From: an uncultured Alphaproteobacteria bacterium
Lineage (GTDB): Bacteria > Pseudomonadota > Alphaproteobacteria > Rhodobacterales > Rhodobacteraceae
DNA length: 64,000 bases
Assembly: GCA_963768205.1 (NCBI GenBank)
Contig: CAVYHB010000003.1
Coordinates: 55,346 to 119,345 of the forward strand
Reading direction: 5' to 3'
Made by a program: the position numbers and the translations under genes. This document shows, one piece after another, positions 20,003-34,774 of this stretch (the first letter of the stretch is position 1; every line of letters starts with the position of its first letter). The notes under the pieces were generated by a model that worked only from the letters and a program-made list of their open reading frames with translations, was not told the DNA's origin and made no database searches.

Positions 20003-20936
20003 ATGCGCACCTTCACCACCTGGACCGGCCTGACCGAAGACGCGCGCGGCGCGACCGCCGCCATCGGCAATTTCGATGGCGTCCACCTTGGGCACCAGGC
20101 GGTGATCGACCTTGCCGGCCGGGCCGCCGATGCCCCCCTCGGCGTCGTCACGTTCGAACCGCACCCGCGCGAGGTTTTCGCCCCAGACGCCCCGCCCTTC
20201 CGCCTGATGAGCGCCGAAACCAAGGCGCACCGGCTGGAAAAGCTGGGTGTCGAGCTGCTGTACCAGCTTAACTTCACGCCCGATCTCTTTCGCCTGACGC
20301 CCGAGCAATTCGCCCGCGATGTGATCCACCGGGGCCTCGGCCTGAACCACGTCGTCGTCGGCCGCGATTTCTGCTTCGGCAAGGGCCGCGCCGGCAGCTC
20401 CATCGACCTTCAGGCTTTCGGCAAGGACATGGGGTTCGGCGTCACCGTCGCCGACCTGATCGAGAAGGACGGCGTCGAAGTGTCCTCGACCTCGATCCGC
20501 AAGGCCCTGACCGAAGGCCGCCCGCGCGACGCCGCCACGATGCTGGGCCACTGGCACCGGATCGACGGCGATGTCTTGCATGGCGAAAAGCGCGGTCGCG
20601 ACCTGGGCTATCCCACCGCCAACATGTCGATCGACGGTCTGCACCCGCCGCGCTTCGGCGTCTATGCCGTCAAGGTCGACGTGCTGACCGGACCGCACAG
20701 GGGCAGCTACAACGGTGCCGCCAGCATCGGCGTGCGGCCGATGTTCGGCGGCGAACGTTGCGAACCTGGAAACCTACATCTTCGACTTTTCGGGCGATCT
20801 CTACGGCGAGGATCTCAGCGTCGCCCTGGTGGATTTCCTGCGCCCCGAGATGGAATTCGACACGGTCCGCGCCCTGACCAACCGGATGGACGCCGACTGC
20901 GCCCGCGCCCGCGCGATCCTGCGCGACATAACATGA
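20003..20936 (+). pseudogene. ribF: Bifunctional riboflavin kinase / FMN adenylyltransferase; one frameshift near 20755.
   Basis: The main frame carries AIGNFDGVHLGHQ, VVTFEPHPREVF, SSTSIRKAL, GEKRGRDLGYPTAN and ASIGVRPMF. The C-terminus NLETYIFDFSGDLYGEDLSVALVDFLRPEMEFD lies in ORF 20715..20936. Confidence 0.92.
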
Positions 20937-21403
20937 AAGACCCGATCCAGCGCGACGGTCTGCGCGAAAAATTCTGGGAAAGAGTGCCGCTGAAGAACCT
21001 TGCCAAGAAGGAATGGGAGGCGCTTTGCGACGGCTGCGGCAAGTGCTGCCTGAACAAGCTGGAAGACCCCGACACAGGCGAGATCGCCTTCACCCGCGTC
21101 GCCTGCCGCCTGCTGGACGACGAAACCTGCCGCTGCGCGCAATACGACATCCGCAAGCAGTTCGTGCCCGATTGCGTCGTGCTGACGCCCGGCAACATCA
21201 GCAAGATCGCCTACTGGATGCCCACGACCTGCGCCTACCGGCTGCTCTACGAGGGCAAGCCGCTTGCAGGACTGGCACCCGCTGATCTCGGGAACGCCCG
21301 ACACCGTGCACAAGGCGGGCATCTCGGTGAAGGGCTGGACCGTGCCGGAATTCGAAGTGCCGGAAGAGGACTGGGAAGACCACATCGTCGAGGACCGCTG
21401 TAG
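20933..21403 (+). pseudogene. ycgN: YcgN (UPF0260) family protein; frameshift near 21262 and probably another near the 3' end.
   Basis: The first frame carries KEWEALCDGCGKCCLNKLEDPDTGEIAFTRVACRLLDDETCRCAQY and [31 protein letters not shown] follows in ORF 21264..21620. Confidence 0.85.
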
Positions 21404-21405
21404 CC

Positions 21406-22448
21406 ATGTTTTTCGCCTCCGACAACACCGCGCCGGTGCACCCCGACGTCATGGCTGCACTGACCCGCGCCAACGAGGGCTACACCCCGTCCTACGGCAA
21501 CGATCCGATCATGGACGAGGTCCGCACCCGTATCCGCGAGCCTCTTCGAAGCCCCCGACGCCGCGGTGTATCTGGTCGCCACCGGCTCCACCGCCAATGT
21601 CCTTTCGCTTGCCTGCCTGACCCCGCCGTGGGGTGCGATCTACTGCCATCGCCTCGCGCATATCGAAATCGACGAATGCGGCGCGCCCGAATTCTACACC
21701 GGCGGTGCCAAGCTGAAACTGGTGGGCGGCGACCACGCCAAAATGACCCCCGAGACCTTGCGCGCTGCGGTCGAGGCGACACCGCACGGTGATGTGCACA
21801 GCGTGCAGCGCGGCGCGGTCTCGATCACCAACGTGACCGAACGCGGCACCGTCTACACCTCCGCCGAAGTCGCCGCACTTGTGCGCCGTCGCCAGCGATC
21901 ACGACCTGCCCTGCCACATGGACGGCGCGCGATTTGCCAATGCGCTCGTGGCCACCAGCGCCGCGCCGGCCGAGATGACATGGCGCGCGGGCATCGACAT
22001 TCTCAGCTTCGGCGGCACCAAGAACGGGCTGATGGGGGTCGAGGCAGTGGTGATCTTCGACCCCGCGAGAGCCTGGGAGTTCGAGTTGCGCCGCAAGCGC
22101 GGCGGGCACCTGTTTTCCAAGCACCGCTACCTATCGGCGCAGATGCTGGCCTATCTGACCGACGACCTGTGGCTTGACACCGCGCGCGCTGCCAACCGCG
22201 CCGGGGCGCGTCTGTCCGAAGGCATCGCAGCGATTACCGGCGCCGCCCTGACCCATCCGACCCAGGCCAACATGGTCTTCGCCGAATGGCCCAAACTTTT
22301 GCACCTGCGCGCATTGAAGGCCGGTGCCGCCTACGAGGTCTATCCCGACGGCGCACCAGACGCCGCAATCCTGCCCGCGAGACTGGTGTGCAGCTGGTCA
22401 ACGACCGACGATGACATCGACGCTTTCGTCAGCCTTCTGAAAGGCTAG
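21406..22448 (+). pseudogene. ltaE: Low-specificity L-threonine aldolase; frameshifts near 21545 and 21880.
   Basis: Conserved pieces are split across three ORF pieces in two frames: [19 protein letters not shown]...YGNDP; [13 protein letters not shown]...HIEIDECGAPEF; and HMDGARFANAL...DILSFGGTKNG. Confidence 0.85.
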
Positions 22449-22451
22449 GGG

Positions 22452-23052
22452 TCAGATCTTCCCCGCCAGGTGCGCGTCAAGATCGTCCAGCCGGTCCTGT
22501 CCCCAGAACCGCTGATCGCGGTCGGTGATGTAGAACGGCGCGCCGAAGGCACCCCGGCTCACCGCTTCTTCCAGGTTGGCGGCGTAGGTCTCGGCCCCCT
22601 CCAGCATGCCACTGTCAGCCAGGGCCGGATCAAAGCCCGCCCCCTTCAGACACTCACGGATCACCGTATCTTCGGCGATGTCCTTTTCCTCGGCCCAGCA
22701 GGCCGCCGTCAGCCGCATGCACCAGCGCCCCGATATCGCCGCCGCCCGCCTTTTGCGCCGCGATGATCGCATAGGACGACGGCGCCGGATTGGTCGGCCA
22801 ATAGCTGGGTTTCAGGTTGATCGGCAACCCGGCCTTCGCCGCCTGCCGCGTCAACTCCTGCACCCGGTACTCCTGCCGCGAGGGATGCCGATCCTTCGGC
22901 GGAACGCCCCCGGTTCGACCGAACAGGGCGATGACGTCCAGCGGCTTGTAGTCCACCGTCGCGTCATGGCTTGCCGCGATCTCTTCCAACCGTGTCCCGG
23001 CCAGGTATGTGAATGGCGACACCGTCGCGAAAAAATAGTCGATATGTGCCAT
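22452..23052 (-). pseudogene. 2-hydroxychromene-2-carboxylate isomerase / DsbA-like thioredoxin-fold protein; frameshift near 22720.
   Basis: The N-terminal frame reads MAHIDYFFATVSPFTYLAG. The C-terminal frame carries GAFGAPFYITDRDQRFWGQDRLDDLDAHL. Confidence 0.8.
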
Positions 23053-23160
23053 CCTGATCCCCTTTGGCGCGCCTGCATTGTTTGCAAGACCGTAGTGGGG
23101 TGGTAGGGGGTGTCAACGCCTGCGATTCCGTGCCTTGACCGACCGGGGACCTCTGCCGCC

Positions 23161-24189
23161 ATGCCAACCACTGCCGAACCGAAGCTCATTTCGGGCAATG
23201 CCAACCGCACGCTCGCCAACGCCATCGCCCGCCGCATGTCGATGCACCGCGGCATCAACGTCGGCCTGGTCGACGCCCGGGTCGAGCGGTTCAACGACCA
23301 GGAGATCTTCGTCGAGGTCTTCGAGAACGTGCGCGGCGAGGACATGTTCATCATCCAGTCGACCTCGAACCCGGCCAACGACAACCTGATGGAACTGCTG
23401 ATCATGACCGACGCGCTGCGCCGCTCGTCGGCCGCGCGCATCACCGCGGTGATCCCCTATTTCGGCTATGCCCGCCAGGACCGCCGCACCAAGGCGCGCA
23501 CGCCGATCTCGGCCAAGCTGGTGGCCAACATGATCGTCGAGGCCGGGATCGAGCGGGTGCTGACGCATGGACCTGCACGCCGCCCAGATCCAGGGCTTCT
23601 TCGACATTCCGGTCGACAACCTCTATGCCTCGCCGGTCTTCGCGCTGGACATCGAGCACCAGTTCAAGGGCCGGCTGAAGGACGTGATCGTGGTCTCGCC
23701 CGACGTCGGCGGCGTGGCCCGCGCCCGCGAACTGGCCAAGCGCATCGGCTGCGCCGCTCGCCATCGTCGACAAGCGCCGCGAGAAGCCCGGCGAGATTGC
23801 CGAGATGACCGTGATCGGCGACGTGTCGGGCAAGACCTGCATCATCGTCGACGACATCTGTCGATACCGCCGGCACGCTGTGCAAGGCCGCCGAGGTCCT
23901 GATCGAACAGCGGCGCCAACGAGGTGCATTCCTATATCACCCACGGCGTTCTCTCCGGCCCGGCCGTCGGAGCGCATCGACCAACTCGGTGATGAAAAGC
24001 CTGGTGATCACCGACAGCATCGAACCGACCGAAGCCGGTGCAAGAACGCCCGCAACATCCGCATCGTGCCCGACCGCGCCGATCTTCGCCCAGGCGATCC
24101 TGAACATCTGGAACGGCACCTCGGTCTCGTCGCTGTTCGAAACCGACACGCTCGGCCCGATCTACGAAGGTACCTACACCCCGATCTGA
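23161..24189 (+). pseudogene. prs: Ribose-phosphate pyrophosphokinase; about 6 frameshifts.
   Basis: Conserved blocks are scattered over three frames: [12 protein letters not shown]; [11 protein letters not shown]; [19 protein letters not shown]; [12 protein letters not shown]; [19 protein letters not shown]; [13 protein letters not shown]; IIVDDI; VITDSI; and SVSSLF. Confidence 0.92.
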
Positions 24190-24278
24190 GGGGCCTTTTT
24201 CTCTTTCAAAATACGCAACATCCGCGCCCATGCACCCGCGCGCCGTCGATCTTCCGGGCTCACCCTGCGGCCCGCGCC

Positions 24279-24304
24279 AAAAATGGCGTGCGGCGCAGCC
24301 GCAC
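24279..24304 (-). terminator. Possible terminator downstream of the H-type lectin gene.
   Basis: The minus strand forms the hairpin GTGCGGC-TGC-GCCGCAC, followed after 4 nt by TTTTT. Confidence 0.35.
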
Positions 24305-24324
24305 CTTTGGATCGCCTTGTCCGG

Positions 24325-24675
24325 CTAGTACAGATCCCACTCTTCCTCGTGCGCAAGCTCGCCGATGGCGAACCAGTCGGCGCGGACCCGGGCCACCCGG
24401 GTGTCGCCCCAGGTGCGGAACATGATGTCGAACCCCTTCTCGGTGATCTTCTCGGCGGTGATATCGGCGCGCTGGTTGGTCTTCTCGTCCATGTCCCACA
24501 TCGACAGGCTGACCTGCACGATCGGCGGCGCACCGAACGGTTCGCTGAACCTGACCCGTTTGCGCTGCATTCGCGGGCCGCTGCCGGTCCACATTTTGCC
24601 ATCGTTTTCGAAATCCGAAAACAGCACGTGGCTGCCGTGATCGACCCCAACAAGATGATTGCGAATGCGTTTCAT
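24325..24675 (-). CDS. Small H-type lectin domain protein.
   Basis: Intact 116-aa ORF reading [23 protein letters not shown]...[29 protein letters not shown]. This matches the H_lectin domain pattern as I remember it. Confidence 0.6.
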   Translation of the reverse strand: MKRIRNHLVGVDHGSHVLFSDFENDGKMWTGSGPRMQRKRVRFSEPFGAPPIVQVSLSMWDMDEKTNQRADITAEKITEKGFDIMFRTWGDTRVARVRADWFAIGELAHEEEWDLY

Positions 24676-24801
24676 CTGACCCTCGTGCGGACTGAATGGC
24701 GCGGCATTGTGGCAAAACTTTGATGCTGGAATGGAAACGGCCCCGCGAATATGTGCAGGGCTGTTTCCAATTCGTTAACGATTTCCGGTGGCTGCGCTGT
24801 G

Positions 24802-25197
24802 TCAGACCATGTCTTCGGCCAGATGTGCCAGGTCGGCAAGCGCCTTGGCCGTGGCGTCGCGCGCCGTGTCCGTGGTCTGGGCGTGGGCCTCTTCGGCCTG
24901 CTCGCGCAGCCGGTCCAGGAACTCGGGCGTCACGTCGGCGCGCGGCACCGCCTGCTCGGCCAGCACCGAGACGCTGGTCGGAGTAACCTCGGCAAACCCG
25001 CCCGACACAACGTATTCCTGGGTGCCTTCGCTGCCCGTCGCCTTGACCACGCCGGGGCGTAGTGTGGTGATGATCGGCATGTGATCCGCCATCGCGGTCA
25101 TGTCGCCCTCGGAACCGGGGATCTGCACTTCGCTGGCCTGCATCGAGGCCAGCTTGCGCTCTGGCGAGACCAGGTCGAACTGTATCATATCGGCCAT
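24802..25197 (-). CDS. atpC: F1 ATP synthase epsilon subunit.
   Basis: 131-aa ORF reading [16 protein letters not shown]...GGFAEV, last gene of the atpHAGDC order. Confidence 0.93.
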   Translation of the reverse strand: MADMIQFDLVSPERKLASMQASEVQIPGSEGDMTAMADHMPIITTLRPGVVKATGSEGTQEYVVSGGFAEVTPTSVSVLAEQAVPRADVTPEFLDRLREQAEEAHAQTTDTARDATAKALADLAHLAEDMV

Positions 25198-25209
25198 GAT
25201 GACCCTTCC

Positions 25210-26640
<1,431 letters not shown>

Positions 26641-26659
26641 CTAACTCTCCGGTTGTCTT

Positions 26660-27532
26660 CTAGAGCGCCTCGGCGCCGGAAATAATTTCGATCAGCTCGT
26701 TGGTGATGACGGCCTGGCGGCTGCGGTTGTACTCGATCGTCAGCCTGTCGATCATGTCACCCGCGTTGCGCGTGGCGTTGTCCATGGCGCTCATCCGGGC
26801 GCCCTGCTCGGAGGCGGCGTTCTCCAGCAGCGCCGCGAAGATCTGCGTCGCCACCGCGCGCGGCAGCAGCTCCGCCAGGATCTCGTCCTCGCCGGGTTCG
26901 TATTCGTAGAAGGTCGACGGCGCGTTCTCGTCCTGTTCGAACTTGGCGGGGATGACCTGCACTTCGGTCGGGACCTGGCTGATCACCGACTGGAACGTGT
27001 TGTAGAAGATCGTCGCCACGTCGAATTCGCCGGCCTCGAACCGGGTCAGCACTTCCTTGGCCACGTCTTGCGCATTGGCGTAGCCGACGCGCTTCACGTC
27101 GCTCATGTCGATGTGCTTGACGTTCAGCTTGCCGTAGTCGCGGCGCAACTGTTCGCGGCCCTTCTTGCCGACCGTCAGGACCTTCACGGTCTTTCCGGCA
27201 GCCTGCAGCTTTTCGATCTTTGCCTTGGCGGCGCGCACGATGGTCGAGTTGAAGCCACCGCAAAGCCCCCGCTCCGAGGTCATCACGACGATCAGTTGGG
27301 TCTGATCGCTGCCGGTCCCGGTCAGCAGCTTCGGGCCACCCTCGTTGCCGCCGGCGCCCGCCGCAAGCCCGGCCATCACGGCGTTGAACCGTTCGGTATA
27401 GGGGCGCGCCATTTCGGCCGCTTCCTGGGCGCGGCGCAGTTTCGCAGCCGCGACCATCTGCATGGCCTTGGTGATCTTCCGCGTCGATTTGACGCTGGCG
27501 ATCCTGTTCTTCAGGTCCTTGAGGTTTGGCAT
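26660..27532 (-). CDS. atpG: F1 ATP synthase gamma subunit.
   Basis: Intact 290-aa ORF beginning [36 protein letters not shown] and ending [15 protein letters not shown]. Confidence 0.97.
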   Translation of the reverse strand: MPNLKDLKNRIASVKSTRKITKAMQMVAAAKLRRAQEAAEMARPYTERFNAVMAGLAAGAGGNEGGPKLLTGTGSDQTQLIVVMTSERGLCGGFNSTIVRAAKAKIEKLQAAGKTVKVLTVGKKGREQLRRDYGKLNVKHIDMSDVKRVGYANAQDVAKEVLTRFEAGEFDVATIFYNTFQSVISQVPTEVQVIPAKFEQDENAPSTFYEYEPGEDEILAELLPRAVATQIFAALLENAASEQGARMSAMDNATRNAGDMIDRLTIEYNRSRQAVITNELIEIISGAEAL

Positions 27533-27559
27533 GTATCCAATCCTACCTTTCGGCCAGCT

Positions 27560-29100
<1,541 letters not shown>

Positions 29101-29661
29101 TTATCCGACCTCTTTCATTGAATTCTGAAGGTTCGCGAGCTTCGAGCGGATCGACGTGTCGATCATCTTCGAGCCCACCTTGACTACAAGACCGCCGATG
29201 AGGCTTTCATCGACGGCCAGATTGATCTTCACATCCTTGCCCACAGAGGCCTTCAGCGTCTTGGCCAGCTTGTCCTGTTGCGCCTTGGTCAGCGCCTTGG
29301 CGGCGGTCACGTCGGCGGTCACTTCGCCCTTCTCGTCGGCGATCAGGCCGCGCAGCGACCGCACCAGCTGCGGCAGCACGAACAGCCGGCGCTTGGTCGC
29401 CATCAGGCCCAGCAGGTTGGTAGCATTTTCCGACAGGCCCATCTTCTTGGCGATCGCGGTGATCGCCTCGCCCTGGTCGTCGCGCGAATAGATCGGCGAT
29501 GCGATCAGGTCGCGGAAATCTGCGCTGGCATTCAGCGCGGCCTCCAGCGCGTCGACATCGTTTTCGACGGTGGGCAGCGATTTTTCTTCCTTGGCCAGTT
29601 CGAAGATGGCCGTGGCGTAGCGCGCGGCAATGCCGGTCGAAATCGAAGCTGTCTCGGACAC
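29101..29661 (-). CDS. atpH: F1 ATP synthase delta (OSCP) subunit.
   Basis: A GTG start at 29661 follows a GGAAGG RBS. The protein carries [14 protein letters not shown] and [21 protein letters not shown]. Its stop abuts the atpA start. Confidence 0.9.
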   Translation of the reverse strand: MSETASISTGIAARYATAIFELAKEEKSLPTVENDVDALEAALNASADFRDLIASPIYSRDDQGEAITAIAKKMGLSENATNLLGLMATKRRLFVLPQLVRSLRGLIADEKGEVTADVTAAKALTKAQQDKLAKTLKASVGKDVKINLAVDESLIGGLVVKVGSKMIDTSIRSKLANLQNSMKEVG

Positions 29662-29970
29662 GTCCACCCTTCCGATGTTCTGGCCCCGAAACGTACTCGC
29701 GAAGCGCGATCCAGGGCAACATAAGTTACGCGCCTGTCGCGCACGCCGTCGAAATCGGCGCCGGTCTAGCAGAGCAATTTGCAGCCCGCAACCGGCTTGG
29801 CATCGACCCTGAAAAACGAAACACGCGCGATAACAGTGGCTTACCGACCACACGCCGGAAAGCATGGTAAAATGTTCGCCCGGAACACCGCATTTTTTTG
29901 TCAGGATTTGCCAATTCCCGCCGCACAGGCGAAACCGGCGGGTGGATAGCCCGATCAGCGCGACAGGATT

Positions 29971-30712
29971 TCAGACCGGTTTGGCCTCCGGCACCGTCAG
30001 CCCTTCGAGCACCCGCAGCGGCCTGCGGACCTTCTCGGCAAGGCCCTTGGGCCGGGCATATTCCTCGATACTGGCCTCGACCATCAGAACGCCGCCCGCG
30101 AACCGCGACGATATCCGCCGCCCGGTACGTTCCCAGAAGGCGCCTGTCTTCAGCCAGAACCGCCGGTCCGACGGCGGCTGGAACAGCGCCGCCACATGGC
30201 GCTCGGGGACAAAGCCATGGCGTTTGAGCTGGTTTTCAAGCTGGCCCAGCGAATAGGGCCGGCCGAAGCCGAACGGCGTCTTGTCGCGCCGCGCCCACAG
30301 ACCGCCGCGGTTCGGCACGATGAACAGCGCCCGGCCGCCCGGCGCCAGCACCCGCTTGCATTCTTCCAGCACCGCCGAGGATTCTCGCTGGTTTCCAGCC
30401 CGTGCAGCAGCACCAGCTTGTCGACCTGGCCCGTCTCCAGCGGCCACAGCGTTTCCTCGCACAGCACCGAGACATTGGGCTGCCCGGCGGGCCAGGGCAT
30501 CACTCCCTGCGGCCCCGGCATCAGGCCGACAACCCGCGTGGCACTTTGAGGTAGGGCCGCAGCAGCGGCACGGCAAAGCCGAAGCCGACCACCGTCTGGC
30601 CGCTTGCCTTCGGCCACAGATGCACCACCTGATCGCGTATGGCCCGCTGCGCCGCACGGCCAAGGCCGGTCCGGTAGTAGAAATTCCGCAGGTCGAGCAC
30701 GTCCAGATGCAT
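29971..30712 (-). pseudogene. Class I SAM-dependent methyltransferase; frameshifts near 30540 and 30390.
   Basis: The N-terminus is [29 protein letters not shown] and [25 protein letters not shown] follow in other frames. It is divergent from gloB. Confidence 0.75.
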
Positions 30713-30773
30713 TGCGGCGCGCTTTCAGATCGGCAGATTTGGCCGTAGCATACCGACCAAGAAGGGAAACGCC

Positions 30774-31541
30774 ATGCCTCTCGAGATCGTCACCGTCCCC
30801 TGCCTCACGGACAACTACGCCTTCCTGGTCCATGCGTCCGAAACCGGCGAAACCGCCATGGTCGACGTGCCCGAGGCCGGCCCGATCCGCGATGCGCTGA
30901 AAGATCGCGGCTGGACGCTCAGCCACATCTTCATCACCCACCACCACGCGGATCACATCGACGGCGTCGACACCCTGCGCGGCGAAACCGGGGCCACTGT
31001 CGTCGGCGCCAAGGCCGATGCGCACCGCCTGCCCGACCTCGACATGGCGGTGTCCGACGGCGACATCTTCCGGTTCGCCGATCACGAGGTACACGTGCTC
31101 GACGTCTCGGGCCACACCGTCGGCCACATCGCCTATCACATCCCCGACGCCCACGCCGTCTTCACCGCCGACAGCCTGATGGCGCTGGGCTGCGGGCGGG
31201 TGTTCGAGGGCACGCCGGAACAGATGTGGCAGTCGCTTTCGAAGCTGGCCGGGCTGCCCGAGGATACGGTCGTCTATTCGGGCCATGAATACACCGCCAC
31301 CAACGCCCGCTTCGCCCTGACGATCGAGCCCGACAATGCCGCTCTTCAGGCCCGCGCGAGGGACGTCGAGGCGAAGCGCGCCAAGAGCGAGGCCACCGTG
31401 CCCTCGACTCTCGCAGAAGAGAAGGCGACCAACCCGTTTCTGCGCGCGCACTTGCAACGGGTGAAGGACGCCATAAATATGCCACAAGCATCGGATAGCG
31501 AAAGTTTCGCTGAGATCCGGCAGCGCAAGGACCGGTTCTGA
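30774..31541 (+). CDS. gloB: Hydroxyacylglutathione hydrolase (glyoxalase II).
   Basis: Intact 255-aa ORF carrying [28 protein letters not shown] and TNPFLR. Confidence 0.95.
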   Translation: MPLEIVTVPCLTDNYAFLVHASETGETAMVDVPEAGPIRDALKDRGWTLSHIFITHHHADHIDGVDTLRGETGATVVGAKADAHRLPDLDMAVSDGDIFRFADHEVHVLDVSGHTVGHIAYHIPDAHAVFTADSLMALGCGRVFEGTPEQMWQSLSKLAGLPEDTVVYSGHEYTATNARFALTIEPDNAALQARARDVEAKRAKSEATVPSTLAEEKATNPFLRAHLQRVKDAINMPQASDSESFAEIRQRKDRF

Positions 31542-31730
31542 AGGCTATTCCCCGATCCTACGCAGCGCGTTGCCAATCTGCCCGGAAAATCGGCGTCAAA
31601 TATATTTGTGACCGGTTTTGAAAAGAAAATCCTTGAAGCGCGGCCAGGAAAACCGAACTTTAAGAGGTAGAGGCCATGGTGAGGATGCGGCCCCGGCCCA
31701 TACCCCGCCCAAGTGTAAGGAGCACGCAAC

Positions 31731-34052
<2,322 letters not shown>

Positions 34053-34073
34053 TCCGCAATCATAAGGCCACAA

Positions 34074-34105
34074 GGGCCGCGCGCCCCCGGTGCGCGGTCC
34101 CTTTT
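34074..34105 (+). terminator. Rho-independent terminator after clpA.
   Basis: GGGCCGCGC...GCGCGGTCCC (stem with a 1-nt bulge) is followed by TTTTGTTG, about 20 nt after the clpA stop. Confidence 0.7.
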
Positions 34106-34319
34106 GTTGTGGGCGCCTAGCGTAAAGAAGCCTCGAAGGACACTGACGCCCCGCGCATTCGGTCAGTTTCCGCCGGTTTCACGGTTCCGCCACCTATACG
34201 TGGCCGGCACATCGTGGTTCGTGTTAAGGTTGAGTTGTGGAAATTCTATCTACCACACCGTGCGCTGTCTTATCTTGGCACGCCACCTGCAATTTGAACC
34301 CAGCAAAAGGAGCCGAGTC

Positions 34320-34682
34320 ATGGCACGCGGCGATTTCAACTACATTCCGGTCAATCGAACATTCAATGCCGGCAACCCAACATTCGAACGGAACTTCACG
34401 GTCGAGCTTTCCGGCTCGCAATCAGTGGTCGATGACGGCTATCTGCTGATCACGGTTCGAAGCGTCGATGCCGCCAGCCACCAGATCCTGATCAACGGCA
34501 ATCAGCTAAGCGGCTTTGACATCCCCTTGCCGCCGGGCAATTCCGATGCCTGGCTGACCTACATGGACCGGATTCAACCCGGCGCCCTGCAAGGAGGCAC
34601 CAACGAGCTGGAAATCCGGCGCATCGGCAATGACAATTTCGTCGTGAAAGACGTTGTCGTGCATTGGCGCGAGGCTGGCTGA
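34320..34682 (+). CDS. Orphan 120-aa protein (hypothetical; beta-rich by composition).
   Basis: AGGAG lies 7 nt upstream of ATG 34320. The protein reads MARGDFNYIPVNRTF...NELEIRRIGNDNFVVKDVVVHWREAG. I recognise no family. The upstream 200 bp is visibly AT-richer than its surroundings. Confidence 0.5.
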   Translation: MARGDFNYIPVNRTFNAGNPTFERNFTVELSGSQSVVDDGYLLITVRSVDAASHQILINGNQLSGFDIPLPPGNSDAWLTYMDRIQPGALQGGTNELEIRRIGNDNFVVKDVVVHWREAG

Positions 34683-34774
34683 CCATAGTCGAACCCTAAC
34701 AGGTTCGCTTGGCTCGGCGTAGTGAAGTTGGCGTTAGCTCGCCGCTTGGCCCGACGGGCGCGCCAGGATAGCCA

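Noticed and set aside
29917-29945. The hairpin CCCGCCG-N12-CGGCGGG downstream of the methyltransferase gene was a possible terminator.
   Set aside because: It has a large loop and no adjacent T-tract on either strand, so the evidence is insufficient to annotate it.
31542-31730. I expected a clpS gene upstream of clpA; ORF 31618..31839 is the only candidate.
   Set aside because: Its translation is Arg/His-rich with no ClpS-like sequence and overlaps the clpA start. The interval is better explained as the clpA promoter and leader, and clpS is presumably elsewhere.
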